Shown: positions 17,871-28,609, numbered from the stretch's first letter. The stretch: 64,000 nt of DNA from an uncultured Candidatus Saccharibacteria bacterium (GCA_964520645.1 CAZFND010000003.1:881-64880); one strand, 5' to 3'. Made by a program: numbers and translations. Notes: generated by a model from the sequence alone, not told the origin.

Positions 17871-19037
17871 TCAAATTCCTTTCGATCTTTCCGTGATGTC
17901 GTTGCGTTCCCAACGAATTCCTACACCCTTTTCAGGAGGCTCAACTGCCTGGAATCTCAATCCGTATATGACTCCGAGCGTTGTGCCCATATTCTCTGGC
18001 TCGCTTCCTGGCGGAAGTGGCCACAGAATTTGTTCAAATCGAGGCTTCCGAGTGAGGTTCTGGTTGTGGGTAGGACCATGGTCCACCTCGATAAGGATCC
18101 TACCTTTCGTAGGCAAATCCAAGAAGATGTTGTACAAATTTTCTTTCCCCCTGAAGTTGCCCTTGATTGGAGCTGACCATTGTCCCAATGGTACATCATG
18201 GTACTCATATCCTCCGTCTGCTGGATAGCAGAAGGGATGGAGTTTGTCGTACACCTGGGCCGCGGTCTGAGGTGTAGCTGGCGCCGGAGGATCAACTCCG
18301 ATGCTGAGCTTAGGCGCCTGCTTGGACGGTTGAGGTGTCTTTGCCTCAGCGATTCGCGCTTCGGCTTCTTTCTCTCTTGCCCTTGCTTCGGCAATTCGCA
18401 CAGCATCGGGTGATGCTGGCTGCTGCTTGGCTTTGACCAGAGCATGTTCCTTGGCGGCCAGCTTCTCCTTTTCCACCAGCTCTGCAATACGTGGAGCATA
18501 GTAGGTGTTGAAGTTGCCTAGGATAGTCACGATGTTGATCAGGATTGCTCCGGCACTCGTAGTTTTCCATAGTAGCAGCATCGCTTTTTGGACCCCGCTC
18601 ATTTTTGTCTTTTCATCTTTGCCTGGAGTCTGATCCTCCTTTTGGGCGATGGCAAACGGAATCGAAAAAACGATAATTCCGATTACCAGGAACCACCATT
18701 CATCGGTATATCGGTATACCGAAATAAAGTGGGTTGGAGTCAGAGACCTGATCGCAAACTCCACGAATATGAAGATGAAGCAGGCAACGAGCAGAATGAT
18801 GAGCTTGAGGCGGTGTTCAGTTGCTAGCCTACCCAAGCCTTTCTTTCCTGTGCTGTCTGAAGTTGAAGCAGTGTCATTTGCCTTCTGCTTGGTTTTGTCC
18901 CATTCAGGTTCTTGATGTCGTATGGTTTCTTGGATTTTTCCTATCACCCAAGAAATTAGTTTAACAAAAGCAACAATGCCACCGACGATCAGGACACATC
19001 CACATACGATGAGCGTAATCAAAACATTATCTGTCAT
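17871..19037 (-). CDS. polytopic membrane protein with Ala/Glu/Pro-rich coiled-coil linker and conserved C-terminal domain (high-GC cassette gene 1)
   Basis: Several TM helices, AEARAREKEAEARIAEAK coiled coil, C-terminal globular region. High third-position GC. Own promoter (TTGACT-17-TATTAT) and AAGGAGttcgcATG ribosome-binding site. Confidence 0.55.
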   Translation of the reverse strand: MTDNVLITLIVCGCVLIVGGIVAFVKLISWVIGKIQETIRHQEPEWDKTKQKANDTASTSDSTGKKGLGRLATEHRLKLIILLVACFIFIFVEFAIRSLTPTHFISVYRYTDEWWFLVIGIIVFSIPFAIAQKEDQTPGKDEKTKMSGVQKAMLLLWKTTSAGAILINIVTILGNFNTYYAPRIAELVEKEKLAAKEHALVKAKQQPASPDAVRIAEARAREKEAEARIAEAKTPQPSKQAPKLSIGVDPPAPATPQTAAQVYDKLHPFCYPADGGYEYHDVPLGQWSAPIKGNFRGKENLYNIFLDLPTKGRILIEVDHGPTHNQNLTRKPRFEQILWPLPPGSEPENMGTTLGVIYGLRFQAVEPPEKGVGIRWERNDITERSKGI

Positions 19038-19221
19038 GCGAACTCCTTAAGGTAAGGTGTGTTTAAATCGAAATTAACAAAGAACTTTATTGATAATAGC
19101 ATATAAAATATAAAAAGTCAAATATTATAATGTATAGAAAAAAGGCCGCAGTTACGGCCCTTTTAAGTGACAGGGAAGCGTTTCTTCCAAGCACTTTATT
19201 TTTTAATTTTTTCCTTTTGAC

Positions 19222-20394
19222 TTAACTAACGGGTGTTTGAATAACTGGAGATGCACCAGACCCATCAACTAGAGTCTGCCCCTTAAATCCAGCTACTCCC
19301 TTTGCTCGTTCTTGAGCAACAAGTACCTGAGGGGCATGTGCACCTAGTGCATTCACCTTTGCTGCTAGAACGTTAGCTTCTGCCTTACCTACTTGTGTGA
19401 TAGCACTTGCTTTACCTCGCGCTTCTTCACTTTCGGCATCTGCTTTAAGTGTAGCTGCTGTTCTTGCTTCCAGCGCTTGTTCAAGAGCAAAATTTGCGTC
19501 ATATCCAGCAGAGTTGTAGGCAGCTACACCCATGCCAGTTGTCTGAATGGTGCCACTGTTTCCTAAGCTGGCATTGAGTACTGCTTGTTCGAATTCTCCA
19601 GGAGTTGCTTTCCCATCTTTTCCAATCTTAGAAGTTGCTTTTTCCAACTCTCGGATTGCATCAAGGTTCATTTTTCGGAAAAAGTCATTAATGGCTCCTG
19701 CGATCGCATCATGCACATGGAAATAATAATTCCCATTCAAAAGAACGTAAGGTGTAAGAAAGTTGTGGGTAATGAGTGTTGCTGTTCCCCAGTTACGAAT
19801 CTTAGCCTGTCCTTTTGTTTCAACCCCATCTACGGTTGTGATGAATCCAGGCACTTCAATACCCTCTACATCAACCGAAATGACTTGCTGTAAAGGAAGG
19901 TCGGTTACCCATGTGGTTCGCGTGACTATTCCACGGGTATTGTCTATTTTGTAATGGTCTGGATTTTTTTCAGCTTTTTCCTTATCTCCTGGTTTCAACG
20001 GACGACGGTAACTGACTGGTACGCTTACCACTTTGTTTGGGGGGAAACCATAAAAATATGCTCCCAATGTTCGTTCTGACCAGGTAGGGGGGTCTGGTTG
20101 ATGAAATACCGCAGGTCCAGTGTCTGTTGCAGGTTGAGGAAAAAGGACGGCTCCTGTTAATTGGTCTATTCCATAACCTGGTGGTAGGCCATGCAGTATT
20201 TTTACTACCTTATTGCCCTTCGAGATGATCTGCGCATATCCCGATCTACGGAAAGTAAAAATTATTTTTCTATTAGCCATGTCAGTCACTATTGATCGAG
20301 CCGCGAGAAGTAAAAAGGGTGTGGCAATTGTAATTCCACCAATGGCCAGAAAAATAAACAAAGCAAACACCACAATCGCAATAATCCATAACAT
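19222..20394 (-). CDS. SPFH/band-7 (flotillin-like) membrane protein (high-GC cassette gene 2)
   Basis: N-terminal TM, a central SPFH-like core and an Ala/Glu-rich C-terminal region (EQALEARTAATLKADAESEEARGKA…). Preceded by AAGGAGttcagcATG and a TTGACT promoter. Confidence 0.45.
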   Translation of the reverse strand: MLWIIAIVVFALFIFLAIGGITIATPFLLLAARSIVTDMANRKIIFTFRRSGYAQIISKGNKVVKILHGLPPGYGIDQLTGAVLFPQPATDTGPAVFHQPDPPTWSERTLGAYFYGFPPNKVVSVPVSYRRPLKPGDKEKAEKNPDHYKIDNTRGIVTRTTWVTDLPLQQVISVDVEGIEVPGFITTVDGVETKGQAKIRNWGTATLITHNFLTPYVLLNGNYYFHVHDAIAGAINDFFRKMNLDAIRELEKATSKIGKDGKATPGEFEQAVLNASLGNSGTIQTTGMGVAAYNSAGYDANFALEQALEARTAATLKADAESEEARGKASAITQVGKAEANVLAAKVNALGAHAPQVLVAQERAKGVAGFKGQTLVDGSGASPVIQTPVS

Positions 20395-20518
20395 GCTGAA
20401 CTCCTTCCGTTACAAACGGTTTTGGGGGGTTGAATAGTTAAGTTCAATGTCAGAGAACAACTGTAATCTATTATGTAATATATAATAAAATACTAAAAAG
20501 TCAAGTAAAACGATGTTG

Positions 20519-20600
20519 TGCCGAGGAGAGGACTTGAACCTCCATGGGTTACCCCGCTTGCTCCTAAGGCAAGTGCGTCTGCCAATTTCGCCACCTCGGC
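20519..20600 (-). tRNA. tRNA-Leu (anticodon UAG)
   Basis: gccgaggtggcgaaattggcagacgc… with 3-bp D-stem, anticodon loop cuUAGga, long variable arm, T-loop ttcaagt. No encoded CCA. Confidence 0.8.
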
Positions 20601-20642
20601 ATTATTTGATTACGTAGCAATCAAAGATTCTGTTTATTATAG

Positions 20643-21986
20643 CTATTTTTTGTGTGTTAGCAATATAATATCTTTTTCTTCAAATGCTGTAATCCAACCC
20701 TCATTCTTTAAATCAGAAATAAATTGCTTATTATAAGTAGAAAATAGCACGCAATCTATAGAATGTTTTTTAAATTCTGCAGCACGATAATCTTTATCTT
20801 TTAGTATGTTGTTATAATTTTTAAAATAATCCTCTCCATTAAGCTTCCAGCTTGGCATACGACCATCTATATATACTTTGTGTGTTGGAAGTTTCCAGAT
20901 TAAATAGCCCCCATAATTGTAATAATTAAAAATAGTAGAGCAGGTGTTATTGGCTTTAATAAAATCAATTTCTTTTTCGGGGTATACGACATGATATCCT
21001 GTGGTGTTATAGATACCTCCTGCTGCAAGTCCTAATGCTAGACCAAAACTAATGTATATCATTTCCCATTTTTTTAGTTTTGTTTGTAGTGACGTTCGTA
21101 GATCTGCTAGCGCATATTCAAAATGCTTAAGCATTTCGGCACTAAAAAACAGGTAGTATCTAATAGATGAAAGTGACATAAGCAAAAATATCATTGGTAG
21201 AGAAATGATATTTTTCCATGTGAATTTCTTTGTAGCTAACAAAATTCCAAGAAGGGGAATAATTGTTACATAATAAAGTTGAGGGATTGCAAATCGTTTC
21301 CATTCAGAAACATAGACATGAAGATTGCTATCAAAAACTGTTCTAAATATTTCTATATATACTTTAAAACCATACGGATTGATACAGGTAGCAAGTACAG
21401 AAAGTCCAATAACATACCAGGGGATAGTATGCTCCTTAATTATTTTATAAAACAATAGTACTCCCAATCCTAAAATAAAACTGCCATGCATATTACTCCA
21501 GAGAAGTATGAGGAGAGGAATGAACCATACTATATTTTTTCGCGAGCTTTCAAGCAGCCGTTGTAAAAGCGCAAAAAATACTAGTGACCATGCTGATGGT
21601 CGAACAAAACTAAAGGAAAGAATAGACACACTCGTAGCGACAAGTACGACTTCGTCATACAAGCGTGAGGCAAGAAAAATTCCAAGCGTCCAGATGGCTG
21701 CAAACACAATAGCTAACAGATAAAAACCTCCAATATTGTATAGAAGTGCCGTAATCACATCACTGAGCCATTCATGATTGATCCATTCAAAATGAGATGC
21801 TGTGTACGTATACACGTCATAGTGGGGAACACCATGGCTTAAAATGTAATTTCCAGCTTGCAAGTGCCACCCAAAATCAGGATCAAAAAGAATAGATGTG
21901 TTAACCAAAAAAACAACAAAAACAATCGCAACACTAGAAGTAAATTTCCAATTAATGGGGGATAAATACTTCTTCAAGAAAAACAT
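20643..21986 (-). CDS. polytopic membrane protein, putative GT-C-type glycosyltransferase
   Basis: About 12 TM helices, an N-terminal loop motif DPDFGWHLQAG…, and a C-terminal soluble domain. Architecture resembles PMT/ArnT/YfhO-like GT-C enzymes. Confidence 0.4.
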   Translation of the reverse strand: MFFLKKYLSPINWKFTSSVAIVFVVFLVNTSILFDPDFGWHLQAGNYILSHGVPHYDVYTYTASHFEWINHEWLSDVITALLYNIGGFYLLAIVFAAIWTLGIFLASRLYDEVVLVATSVSILSFSFVRPSAWSLVFFALLQRLLESSRKNIVWFIPLLILLWSNMHGSFILGLGVLLFYKIIKEHTIPWYVIGLSVLATCINPYGFKVYIEIFRTVFDSNLHVYVSEWKRFAIPQLYYVTIIPLLGILLATKKFTWKNIISLPMIFLLMSLSSIRYYLFFSAEMLKHFEYALADLRTSLQTKLKKWEMIYISFGLALGLAAGGIYNTTGYHVVYPEKEIDFIKANNTCSTIFNYYNYGGYLIWKLPTHKVYIDGRMPSWKLNGEDYFKNYNNILKDKDYRAAEFKKHSIDCVLFSTYNKQFISDLKNEGWITAFEEKDIILLTHKK

Positions 21987-21992
21987 AAAATG

Positions 21993-22065
21993 TCCACCCA
22001 GCAGGATTCGAACCTGCGACCTACCGCTTAAGAGGCGGATGCTCTACCAACTGAGCTATAGGTGG
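21993..22065 (-). tRNA. tRNA-Lys (anticodon CUU)
   Basis: Cloverleaf folded by hand: acceptor ccaccta/tgggtgg, D-arm gctc…gagc, anticodon loop cuCUUaa, T-loop ttcgaat. Confidence 0.75.
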
Positions 22066-22117
22066 ATATAGGTTTTTATACCATATATTTCTTCAAAAAT
22101 CTAATGAGAAATGAATG

Positions 22118-22199
22118 TGCCCGGGGCGGGAATCGAACCCGCATCCCTTTCGAGACACGATTTTAAGTCGTGCGCGTATACCAGTTCCGCCACCCGGGC
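22118..22199 (-). tRNA. tRNA-Leu (anticodon UAA)
   Basis: gcccgggtggcggaactggtatacgc…, anticodon loop cuUAAaa, long variable arm, T-loop ttcgatt. Confidence 0.75.
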
Positions 22200-22254
22200 A
22201 TTGTAAAATGAACACACAATCAGATTATCATACAGATATGTATATAATCTAGTG

Positions 22255-22326
22255 AGGCCACGGCGAGAATCGAACTCGCGCATAGAGATTTTGCAGATCT
22301 CCGAATTACCACTTTTCTACGTGGCC
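22255..22326 (-). tRNA. tRNA-Cys (anticodon GCA)
   Basis: Acceptor ggccacg/cgtggcc, short D-arm, anticodon loop cuGCAaa, T-loop ttcgatt. Confidence 0.7.
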
Positions 22327-22330
22327 GTAT

Positions 22331-22657
22331 TTAATTTCCCAAACTTAATTCATCAATTCGCTGACGATTCTTTTCTCCAAAATCGACAGCAAAGTCGAAG
22401 AAGGGCAATCTACCAATCTTTGAATGCTCTTTTACATACTGTTTGAATTCTGAGCGTTTGCGCTTGGTGAATTCAAGAGCATCTTCCTGCTTATCATCTG
22501 GGAAGACTGTGAAAAAAATTGTAGCTTCTTTCATTTTATCACCAAGTTCTGCTCGTGTAACGGTAATAAGTGACTGCCCATTTGATTCTCGTTGAAGAAA
22601 ATCAGCAGCCAGGTTTTTGAGTTGTTCTTCTATTTTTATTTCTCGTGAGCCAGCCAT
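22331..22657 (-). CDS. rbfA: ribosome-binding factor A
   Basis: LITVTRAELGDKMKEATIFFTVF… RLPFFDF pattern of RbfA; immediately downstream of infB. Confidence 0.7.
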   Translation of the reverse strand: MAGSREIKIEEQLKNLAADFLQRESNGQSLITVTRAELGDKMKEATIFFTVFPDDKQEDALEFTKRKRSEFKQYVKEHSKIGRLPFFDFAVDFGEKNRQRIDELSLGN

Positions 22658-22661
22658 GGTA

Positions 22662-24167
22662 TTATTTTTCTACAATTCTGAATGATTCAATTTTATCTCC
22701 CGGAGCAATTTCTATCTTCGATTCGATGAGTGCTCCAAACTCCAATCCTTCACCGACTTCACTTACTTTCTTTTTGAGATGTTGTAATTCGCGAACACGT
22801 CCTTCTCCAATCTGGAAATTTCGACGAGTAATCTTTACTTCAGCTCCGAGCATGAGCATTCCTTGTTCTACTTTTCCTCCAAGTACTTGCTTGTCTTTGG
22901 TTTTACTGAAGATCTTAATGATTTTTGCGATACCGGTAGATTCTTCAGTTTTAACTTTTGGTGTTCGAGCTTCTACGACGGTCTGGAACCATTCAGTGAG
23001 TTTGTAGATGACATCGAATAGATGAATTTCAATTCCCATTTTTTCTGCTTGGCTTTGAGCTGATGCATCTATCTTTGTTCCAAATCCTACAATAAGAGTA
23101 TTTTCTCGAGCACTTGCTATTTTTACATCATTTTCGGAAATGTCGCCAATACCACTTTGGATAATTTTTATCTTGATTTTTTCGTTCTTAATTTTCTTCA
23201 GTTCATACTGAATGGCATCAAGTCCACCTGATTCATTCGCTTTAATAAGAATAGGGATGATAGCTACATCCTCTGCACTATGATCTTGAGATGTAAATTT
23301 TGTTGGAGAACTACTTTTTGCTGCAGTTACAGCAGCTTCTGCTTCTTTCTTTGTTGCATAGCTTTGGAATGTGAGACCTACTTGTGGTAATTCATTCCAT
23401 CCTATAATTCGTATTGGGCTTGAGAAGGTAGCTTCTTTAATCGGCTTTCCAAGAAAGTTCTCAATCATTCGGACAGGAGAGAGGGCAGTACCTGATACAA
23501 CTGTCATTCCTGTCTTGAGTGCACCGTCTTTTATGATAAGTGTAGCTGATATACCTTTCTTTTTATCAAGATTTGCTTCAATGATGACTCCTTCAGCTGG
23601 TTTTGCAGGATCTGCTTTTAATTCTTCTACTTCTGTTTGCAAAATAATAAGATCTAAAAGGTCAGAAATTCCTTGCCCAGTTTTTGCAGAAATAGGTACA
23701 AATGGAATTGTTCCTCCGTATCCTTCAACATAGATTTCATGTTCAGCAAGAGAATTTTTTGTGCGATCAATATCAGCACCAGGCTTATCCATTTTATTAA
23801 TCGCAACAATACATGGAATTTCTGCTTTTTGAATAGTTTTGAAAGCTTCTACTGTTTGAGGCTTTACTCCATCTTCACCAGATACAACTAAGATAGCAAT
23901 ATCCGCAACATGTGCTCCACGTGATCGAATAGCCGCAAATGATTCGTGGCCTGGAGTGTCAAGAAAGGTAATGGCATGTTCTTTACCATCTTTTGCCTTA
24001 TGCATTACTTCATATGCAGAGATTCGCTGGGTGATTCCACCAGCTTCAGTATCTACGATATTAGTTTTGCGAATATAATCCAGGAGAGTAGATTTTCCAT
24101 GGTCAATATGCCCCATTATGGCAATAACGGGAGAGCGCTCTATGAGGTTGTGTTGATTCTCTTTCAT
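22662..24167 (-). CDS. infB: translation initiation factor IF-2 (short form)
   Basis: G1 [26 protein letters not shown]; IF-2 domains II-IV follow. Confidence 0.9.
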   Translation of the reverse strand: MKENQHNLIERSPVIAIMGHIDHGKSTLLDYIRKTNIVDTEAGGITQRISAYEVMHKAKDGKEHAITFLDTPGHESFAAIRSRGAHVADIAILVVSGEDGVKPQTVEAFKTIQKAEIPCIVAINKMDKPGADIDRTKNSLAEHEIYVEGYGGTIPFVPISAKTGQGISDLLDLIILQTEVEELKADPAKPAEGVIIEANLDKKKGISATLIIKDGALKTGMTVVSGTALSPVRMIENFLGKPIKEATFSSPIRIIGWNELPQVGLTFQSYATKKEAEAAVTAAKSSSPTKFTSQDHSAEDVAIIPILIKANESGGLDAIQYELKKIKNEKIKIKIIQSGIGDISENDVKIASARENTLIVGFGTKIDASAQSQAEKMGIEIHLFDVIYKLTEWFQTVVEARTPKVKTEESTGIAKIIKIFSKTKDKQVLGGKVEQGMLMLGAEVKITRRNFQIGEGRVRELQHLKKKVSEVGEGLEFGALIESKIEIAPGDKIESFRIVEK

Positions 24168-24196
24168 ATAATGTGATGTATGCTCTCATAAGCAAA

Positions 24197-24676
24197 TTAC
24201 TTTGATAAGCTTTCTTTTGCTTTTTTGATTGCTTCTTTTTCTTCGTCAGTAAGCTCAAAATCTGATGTACCATTTTTAACAGGCTTTGCAAACATACTTA
24301 TCCTGTCTCGGGCGTACATGCTTGTCAATACGATGCCATTTTCTTTTTCTGAAAGAAATGCAGTACTGAAGCTGTTATTTCCACCTCCACCTGAGCCTTG
24401 AAAAGGATTGAATCGAATGGTTTCAATGCTTTGCACACTCATGTTGAGTCGTCGTTCTACTGTTGTAAGATATGATTCCATATCTTTGGTAAATGCCTTG
24501 AGTTGCTTCAAGTCTTGTGTAACATGCACAAGTGCTTCTTCAAGATTATTGGCATTTTTACCCATGAGCAGCTTCTTACATTTACCTTCAAGCCGCACCG
24601 CCCATGCAATTAATACAATGAACAATATTCCAATGCCTGACACACAACTTATAAGTATAGTATTGCTTATATACAT
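24197..24676 (-). CDS. membrane-anchored hypothetical protein (DUF4446-like)
   Basis: N-terminal TM, then a coiled-coil region, a GSGGGGNN linker and C-terminal MYARDRISMFAKPV. No catalytic motif. Confidence 0.3.
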   Translation of the reverse strand: MYISNTILISCVSGIGILFIVLIAWAVRLEGKCKKLLMGKNANNLEEALVHVTQDLKQLKAFTKDMESYLTTVERRLNMSVQSIETIRFNPFQGSGGGGNNSFSTAFLSEKENGIVLTSMYARDRISMFAKPVKNGTSDFELTDEEKEAIKKAKESLSK

Positions 24677-24721
24677 AAAAAGATTAAAGTGGGGTATTGC
24701 AATTTCATATAGTACAGTAAA

Positions 24722-25891
24722 ATGAGGAATATGAAAAGGAGAATATATTTAGATTATGCTTCAACTACGCCTTTAGACAAAAAGGTGTTTAAAGCCATGC
24801 TTCCGTATTATAGAGAGAATTTTGGTAATCCATCTGCACTTTATCAGGAAGGATTGCTCACAAAAGATGTCATAAAAACAGCTCGCAAGAACATTGCAGA
24901 CATTTTAGCAATAAAACCAGAAGAAATTATTTTTACTGCAAGTGGCACAGAATCAGATAACATGGCGCTTGTTGGAATATTCAATAAATATAAAAAAAAC
25001 TTTAAGCCTCACATTATTACGACAAATATAGAACACCCCGGCATTCTTGAAGTGTGTAAGCACATAGAAAAAGAGGGTGGAGAGGTAACATATGTACCGG
25101 TTGAGTCAGACGGCATAGTAAATCCAGAAAAAATTAAAGCTGCGCTCAAGCCTACAACTGTCTTAGTCTCAGTCATGTATGTAAATAACGAAATTGGTAC
25201 GATTCAGCCACTACGAGAAATTTCTAGAATAATAAAAGAATACAATACGAATACTACAGCTTCACACTTTGTAGCATTTCACACCGATGCGTGTCAGGCA
25301 GCAAATTATCTTGATCTTAGCTTCCAGAAGTTGGGTGTAGATATGATGACGCTTGATGCTTCAAAATTTTATGGCCCTAAGGGAATTGGATTATTGGCAA
25401 TTAAACGAAGTGTTGAAATTGAGCCAATGATACATGGAGGAGGGCAAGAAAGGGGATTGCGAGCTGGTACCGAAAACACTCCCGCAATAGTTGGAATGGC
25501 AGAGGCTCTTGTAATGGCTCAGTCAATGAAAGAAAAAGAAACCATTCGTTTATTAAAACTTAAAGAATATTTTATCTCAAATGTAATAAAGTATGTTCCA
25601 GGCGTCATTATTAACGGGGACACTGAGAAATCTCTTCCAAATACTGTTAATATTTGTATTCCCGATATCGATGCAGAGTTTGCTGTAATTAAGCTCGATT
25701 ATCTTGGTGTAGCATGCTCATCAGCAAGTGCATGTATGAATTTATCAAAAGATTCTTATTCATACGTGATAGATGCCCTTAATAAGGATTGTAGAGAATC
25801 ATCGTTGCGATTTACCTTTGGAAGAGCTACATCATTGAGAGAAGTCGAATTGACTTTACACAAAATTCAGTCTATAATTATTACACAATAA
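24722..25891 (+). CDS. iscS: cysteine desulfurase (NifS/IscS-like, aminotransferase class V)
   Basis: N-terminal YLDYASTTP, an SGTESDN-like block, PLP-binding DASKFYGPKG, and a C-terminal Cys (ASACM). Confidence 0.8.
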   Translation: MRNMKRRIYLDYASTTPLDKKVFKAMLPYYRENFGNPSALYQEGLLTKDVIKTARKNIADILAIKPEEIIFTASGTESDNMALVGIFNKYKKNFKPHIITTNIEHPGILEVCKHIEKEGGEVTYVPVESDGIVNPEKIKAALKPTTVLVSVMYVNNEIGTIQPLREISRIIKEYNTNTTASHFVAFHTDACQAANYLDLSFQKLGVDMMTLDASKFYGPKGIGLLAIKRSVEIEPMIHGGGQERGLRAGTENTPAIVGMAEALVMAQSMKEKETIRLLKLKEYFISNVIKYVPGVIINGDTEKSLPNTVNICIPDIDAEFAVIKLDYLGVACSSASACMNLSKDSYSYVIDALNKDCRESSLRFTFGRATSLREVELTLHKIQSIIITQ

Positions 25892-25909
25892 CTACTACTT
25901 TTTATTTAT

Positions 25910-28588
25910 ATGCCTCCATTACATCAATTTACAACAAAAGCCAAAGAGGCGATTCGGCGAGCGCATGAGCTTGCTATTGAACGTGGGCAAAATCACGTTA
26001 ATCCTCTTCACTTATTAGCTGCTCTTATTCTTCAAGAAGAAAGTATGGTTGCATCTGTACTCGATAAGCTTGAGGTAGACACAATGCTTCTTACTGATTC
26101 ATTACTTGAAGCTATCGAAGCTCCAGAAGGAGGTGCTACACTTAACCCTTCATACCAAATTTACCTTACTCCTGACCTTGCTCAGGCTATAGAAAGTGCC
26201 GTAAAAGTGGCAAAAAGCCTTAATGATGAGTTTATTTCAACAGAACACCTCTTTATAGCTATATTAGATATTAATGGCCCTGCAAAGGATCTTTTGACTA
26301 AATTTAGAATTGAAAAAGATTCTGTACTTCGCGTACTTGAAGAGCTCAAGAATAGTAAAGTTACTGATGTTCATACTCCAAAAAAATTTAAGGCACTTAA
26401 TAAATACACACGAAGTCTCACAAAGTTGGCCGCAGAAAACAGACTTGATCCTGTAGTTGGACGTGACACCGAAATTGGACGAATCATCCAAATTCTTTCT
26501 CGACGAACAAAAAACAACCCAATTCTTATTGGAGAAGCAGGAGTAGGAAAAACTGCAATTGCAGAAGGATTGGCGGTCCGAATGGCACAAGGTGATGTCC
26601 CAGAATCTCTTAAAGATAAAGAGCTTGTTTCACTTGATCTTGGTGCACTCGTTGCGGGTACAAAGTATCGTGGTGAATTTGAAGAACGACTCAAAAATAT
26701 TTTGAAAGAAATTGAACGATCAAATGGGAAAGTAATTCTTTTCATTGATGAAATTCATACTATTGTAGGTGCAGGAGCTGCAGAAGGATCTCTTGATGCT
26801 TCAAATATGTTGAAGCCAGCGCTTGCTCGTGGAGATTTGCGAGCGATTGGAGCAACGACCCTCAAAGAATATCAAAAGCATATTGAAAAAGATCCTGCAC
26901 TCACTCGAAGATTTCAGCCTGTATATGTAAATGAACCGTCTGTAGAAGATACAATCGCTATCTTGAGAGGATTGAAAGAAAAATATGAAAATTATCACGG
27001 AGTACGTATTACAGATGACGCAATTGTTGCAGCGGTAAATCTTTCAAGCCGATATATTACTGATCGTTTCCTTCCGGACAAAGCAGTAGATCTTATCGAT
27101 GAATCTGCATCATATTTAAAGATAACTCTTGAGAATATGCCGCCAATATTGCAAGAAACACACGCTCGTGTGATGCGTCTTGAAATTGAACGTGAAGCTC
27201 TCAAGAAAGAAACATCTCAAAAATTAAAGGATCGCGTTAAAGAAATTGAAAAAGAAATTGCAGATCTTAAAGAACAAACATCAGAAATAGAACTTAAGTG
27301 GAAAAATGAAAAAGAAATTCTTACTGATATAAAAACGCTCAAGAAAGATCTCGAATCTCTCCGATTGGATGCAGAAAGTGCAGAAGCTCGAGCAGATCTT
27401 GGAAAAGCTGCCGAAATTCGCTATGGAAAAATTCCTCAACTTGAAAAAGAATTGGATACAAAGATGAAGCGAATGAAAAAGCTTCAAAGTTCACGTCGAA
27501 TTCTTAAAGAAGAAATTACTGCTCAGGATATTGCTGATGTTGTTTCAAAGTGGACGACTATTCCAGTATCTAGAATGCTAGAAAAAGAAGCAGAAAAGCT
27601 TAGTCGAATGGAAGAAGATCTAAAGAAACGAATTATCGGTCAGGATGAAGCAGTGAAGAAGATTTCAGATACCGTAAAGCGATCACGAGCCGGTATTGCA
27701 GACCCAAATCGACCAATTGGCTCATTTATCTTCCTTGGTCCTACTGGTGTGGGTAAAACTGAGCTTACTAAGGCTCTTGCTGAATTCATGTTTGATGATG
27801 AAAAGGCACTCATCAGAATTGATATGTCTGAATTTATGGAAAAGCACTCAGTATCAAAGCTTATTGGTGCTCCTGCAGGATATGTAGGATATGATGAAGG
27901 AGGTAACTTTACAGAAATGATTCGTCATCGACCATACTCTGTAATTCTCTTGGATGAAATTGAAAAAGCACATCCAGAGGTATTCAACTTACTTCTTCAA
28001 GTCCTTGATAACGGCCATCTTACAGATGCAAAAGGCCGTCGTGTAAACTTCAAAAATACTATTATCATCATGACATCCAACTTGGGTGCTCAGTATATTG
28101 ATAAAATGCAGAAATTCGGTTTTGGAGAAGCTACATCAGAGCAAGCTGAATATTCTAATGTGAAAGATAAAGTCATGGAGAGTTTGAAAGAATTCTTCAG
28201 ACCTGAATTCTTAAACCGAATTGATGACATTGTTGTCTTCGACATTCTCAATCAGCAATCAATTGCAGAAATCGTAAAAATCCAAGTAGATCTCATCAAA
28301 GAGCGTCTTGCAGCAAAAGAAATTAAGCTCGATATAAACCAAGAAGTATATGATTATCTTTCAAAAGAAGGATACAATCCACAATACGGTGCACGACCTC
28401 TCAAGAGACTTATTCAAAATAAGATTCTTACTCCAGTCGCATCACTTATGATTTCTAAGGGCGTTATGAAAGGTGGAGAAATCAAAGTGGGTCTCAAAGA
28501 TAGCCAGTTTACGTTTGATGTAAAGAAGGGAAGAAAAGGAAGTATCTTCCGAGAAGAAATTATTTCTACGGACGAATTGGTGAAGTAA
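25910..28588 (+). CDS. clpB: ATP-dependent chaperone ClpB
   Basis: Clp-N repeats, two AAA+ modules (GEAGVGKT; GPTGVGKT) and a long middle coiled-coil domain characteristic of ClpB. Confidence 0.9.
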   Translation: MPPLHQFTTKAKEAIRRAHELAIERGQNHVNPLHLLAALILQEESMVASVLDKLEVDTMLLTDSLLEAIEAPEGGATLNPSYQIYLTPDLAQAIESAVKVAKSLNDEFISTEHLFIAILDINGPAKDLLTKFRIEKDSVLRVLEELKNSKVTDVHTPKKFKALNKYTRSLTKLAAENRLDPVVGRDTEIGRIIQILSRRTKNNPILIGEAGVGKTAIAEGLAVRMAQGDVPESLKDKELVSLDLGALVAGTKYRGEFEERLKNILKEIERSNGKVILFIDEIHTIVGAGAAEGSLDASNMLKPALARGDLRAIGATTLKEYQKHIEKDPALTRRFQPVYVNEPSVEDTIAILRGLKEKYENYHGVRITDDAIVAAVNLSSRYITDRFLPDKAVDLIDESASYLKITLENMPPILQETHARVMRLEIEREALKKETSQKLKDRVKEIEKEIADLKEQTSEIELKWKNEKEILTDIKTLKKDLESLRLDAESAEARADLGKAAEIRYGKIPQLEKELDTKMKRMKKLQSSRRILKEEITAQDIADVVSKWTTIPVSRMLEKEAEKLSRMEEDLKKRIIGQDEAVKKISDTVKRSRAGIADPNRPIGSFIFLGPTGVGKTELTKALAEFMFDDEKALIRIDMSEFMEKHSVSKLIGAPAGYVGYDEGGNFTEMIRHRPYSVILLDEIEKAHPEVFNLLLQVLDNGHLTDAKGRRVNFKNTIIIMTSNLGAQYIDKMQKFGFGEATSEQAEYSNVKDKVMESLKEFFRPEFLNRIDDIVVFDILNQQSIAEIVKIQVDLIKERLAAKEIKLDINQEVYDYLSKEGYNPQYGARPLKRLIQNKILTPVASLMISKGVMKGGEIKVGLKDSQFTFDVKKGRKGSIFREEIISTDELVK

Positions 28589-28609
28589 ATATACTATTCA
28601 CAACTTAAT

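Noticed and set aside
17794-18915. Multiple long antisense/alternative-frame ORFs in the track (17794-18228 +, 17957-18499 -, 18180-18413 +, 18346-18570 -, 18588-18827 +, 18649-18915 +) inside the high-GC cassette
   Set aside because: Typical stop-codon-poor artefacts of GC-rich DNA. Only the 17871-19037 (-) frame has a promoter, an SD, an N-terminal TM topology and a terminator.
20519-20600. Integrase-type att duplication of the tRNA-Leu 3' end at the far side of the high-GC cassette
   Set aside because: Looked for ccgaggagagg-like repeats around 17.75-17.87 kb and found none. No integrase gene present. The island interpretation rests on composition and regulatory architecture only.
22101-22446. 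Track ORFs 22101-22283 (-) and 22252-22446 (+)
   Set aside because: They read straight through tRNA-Leu(UAA) and tRNA-Cys; not protein-coding.
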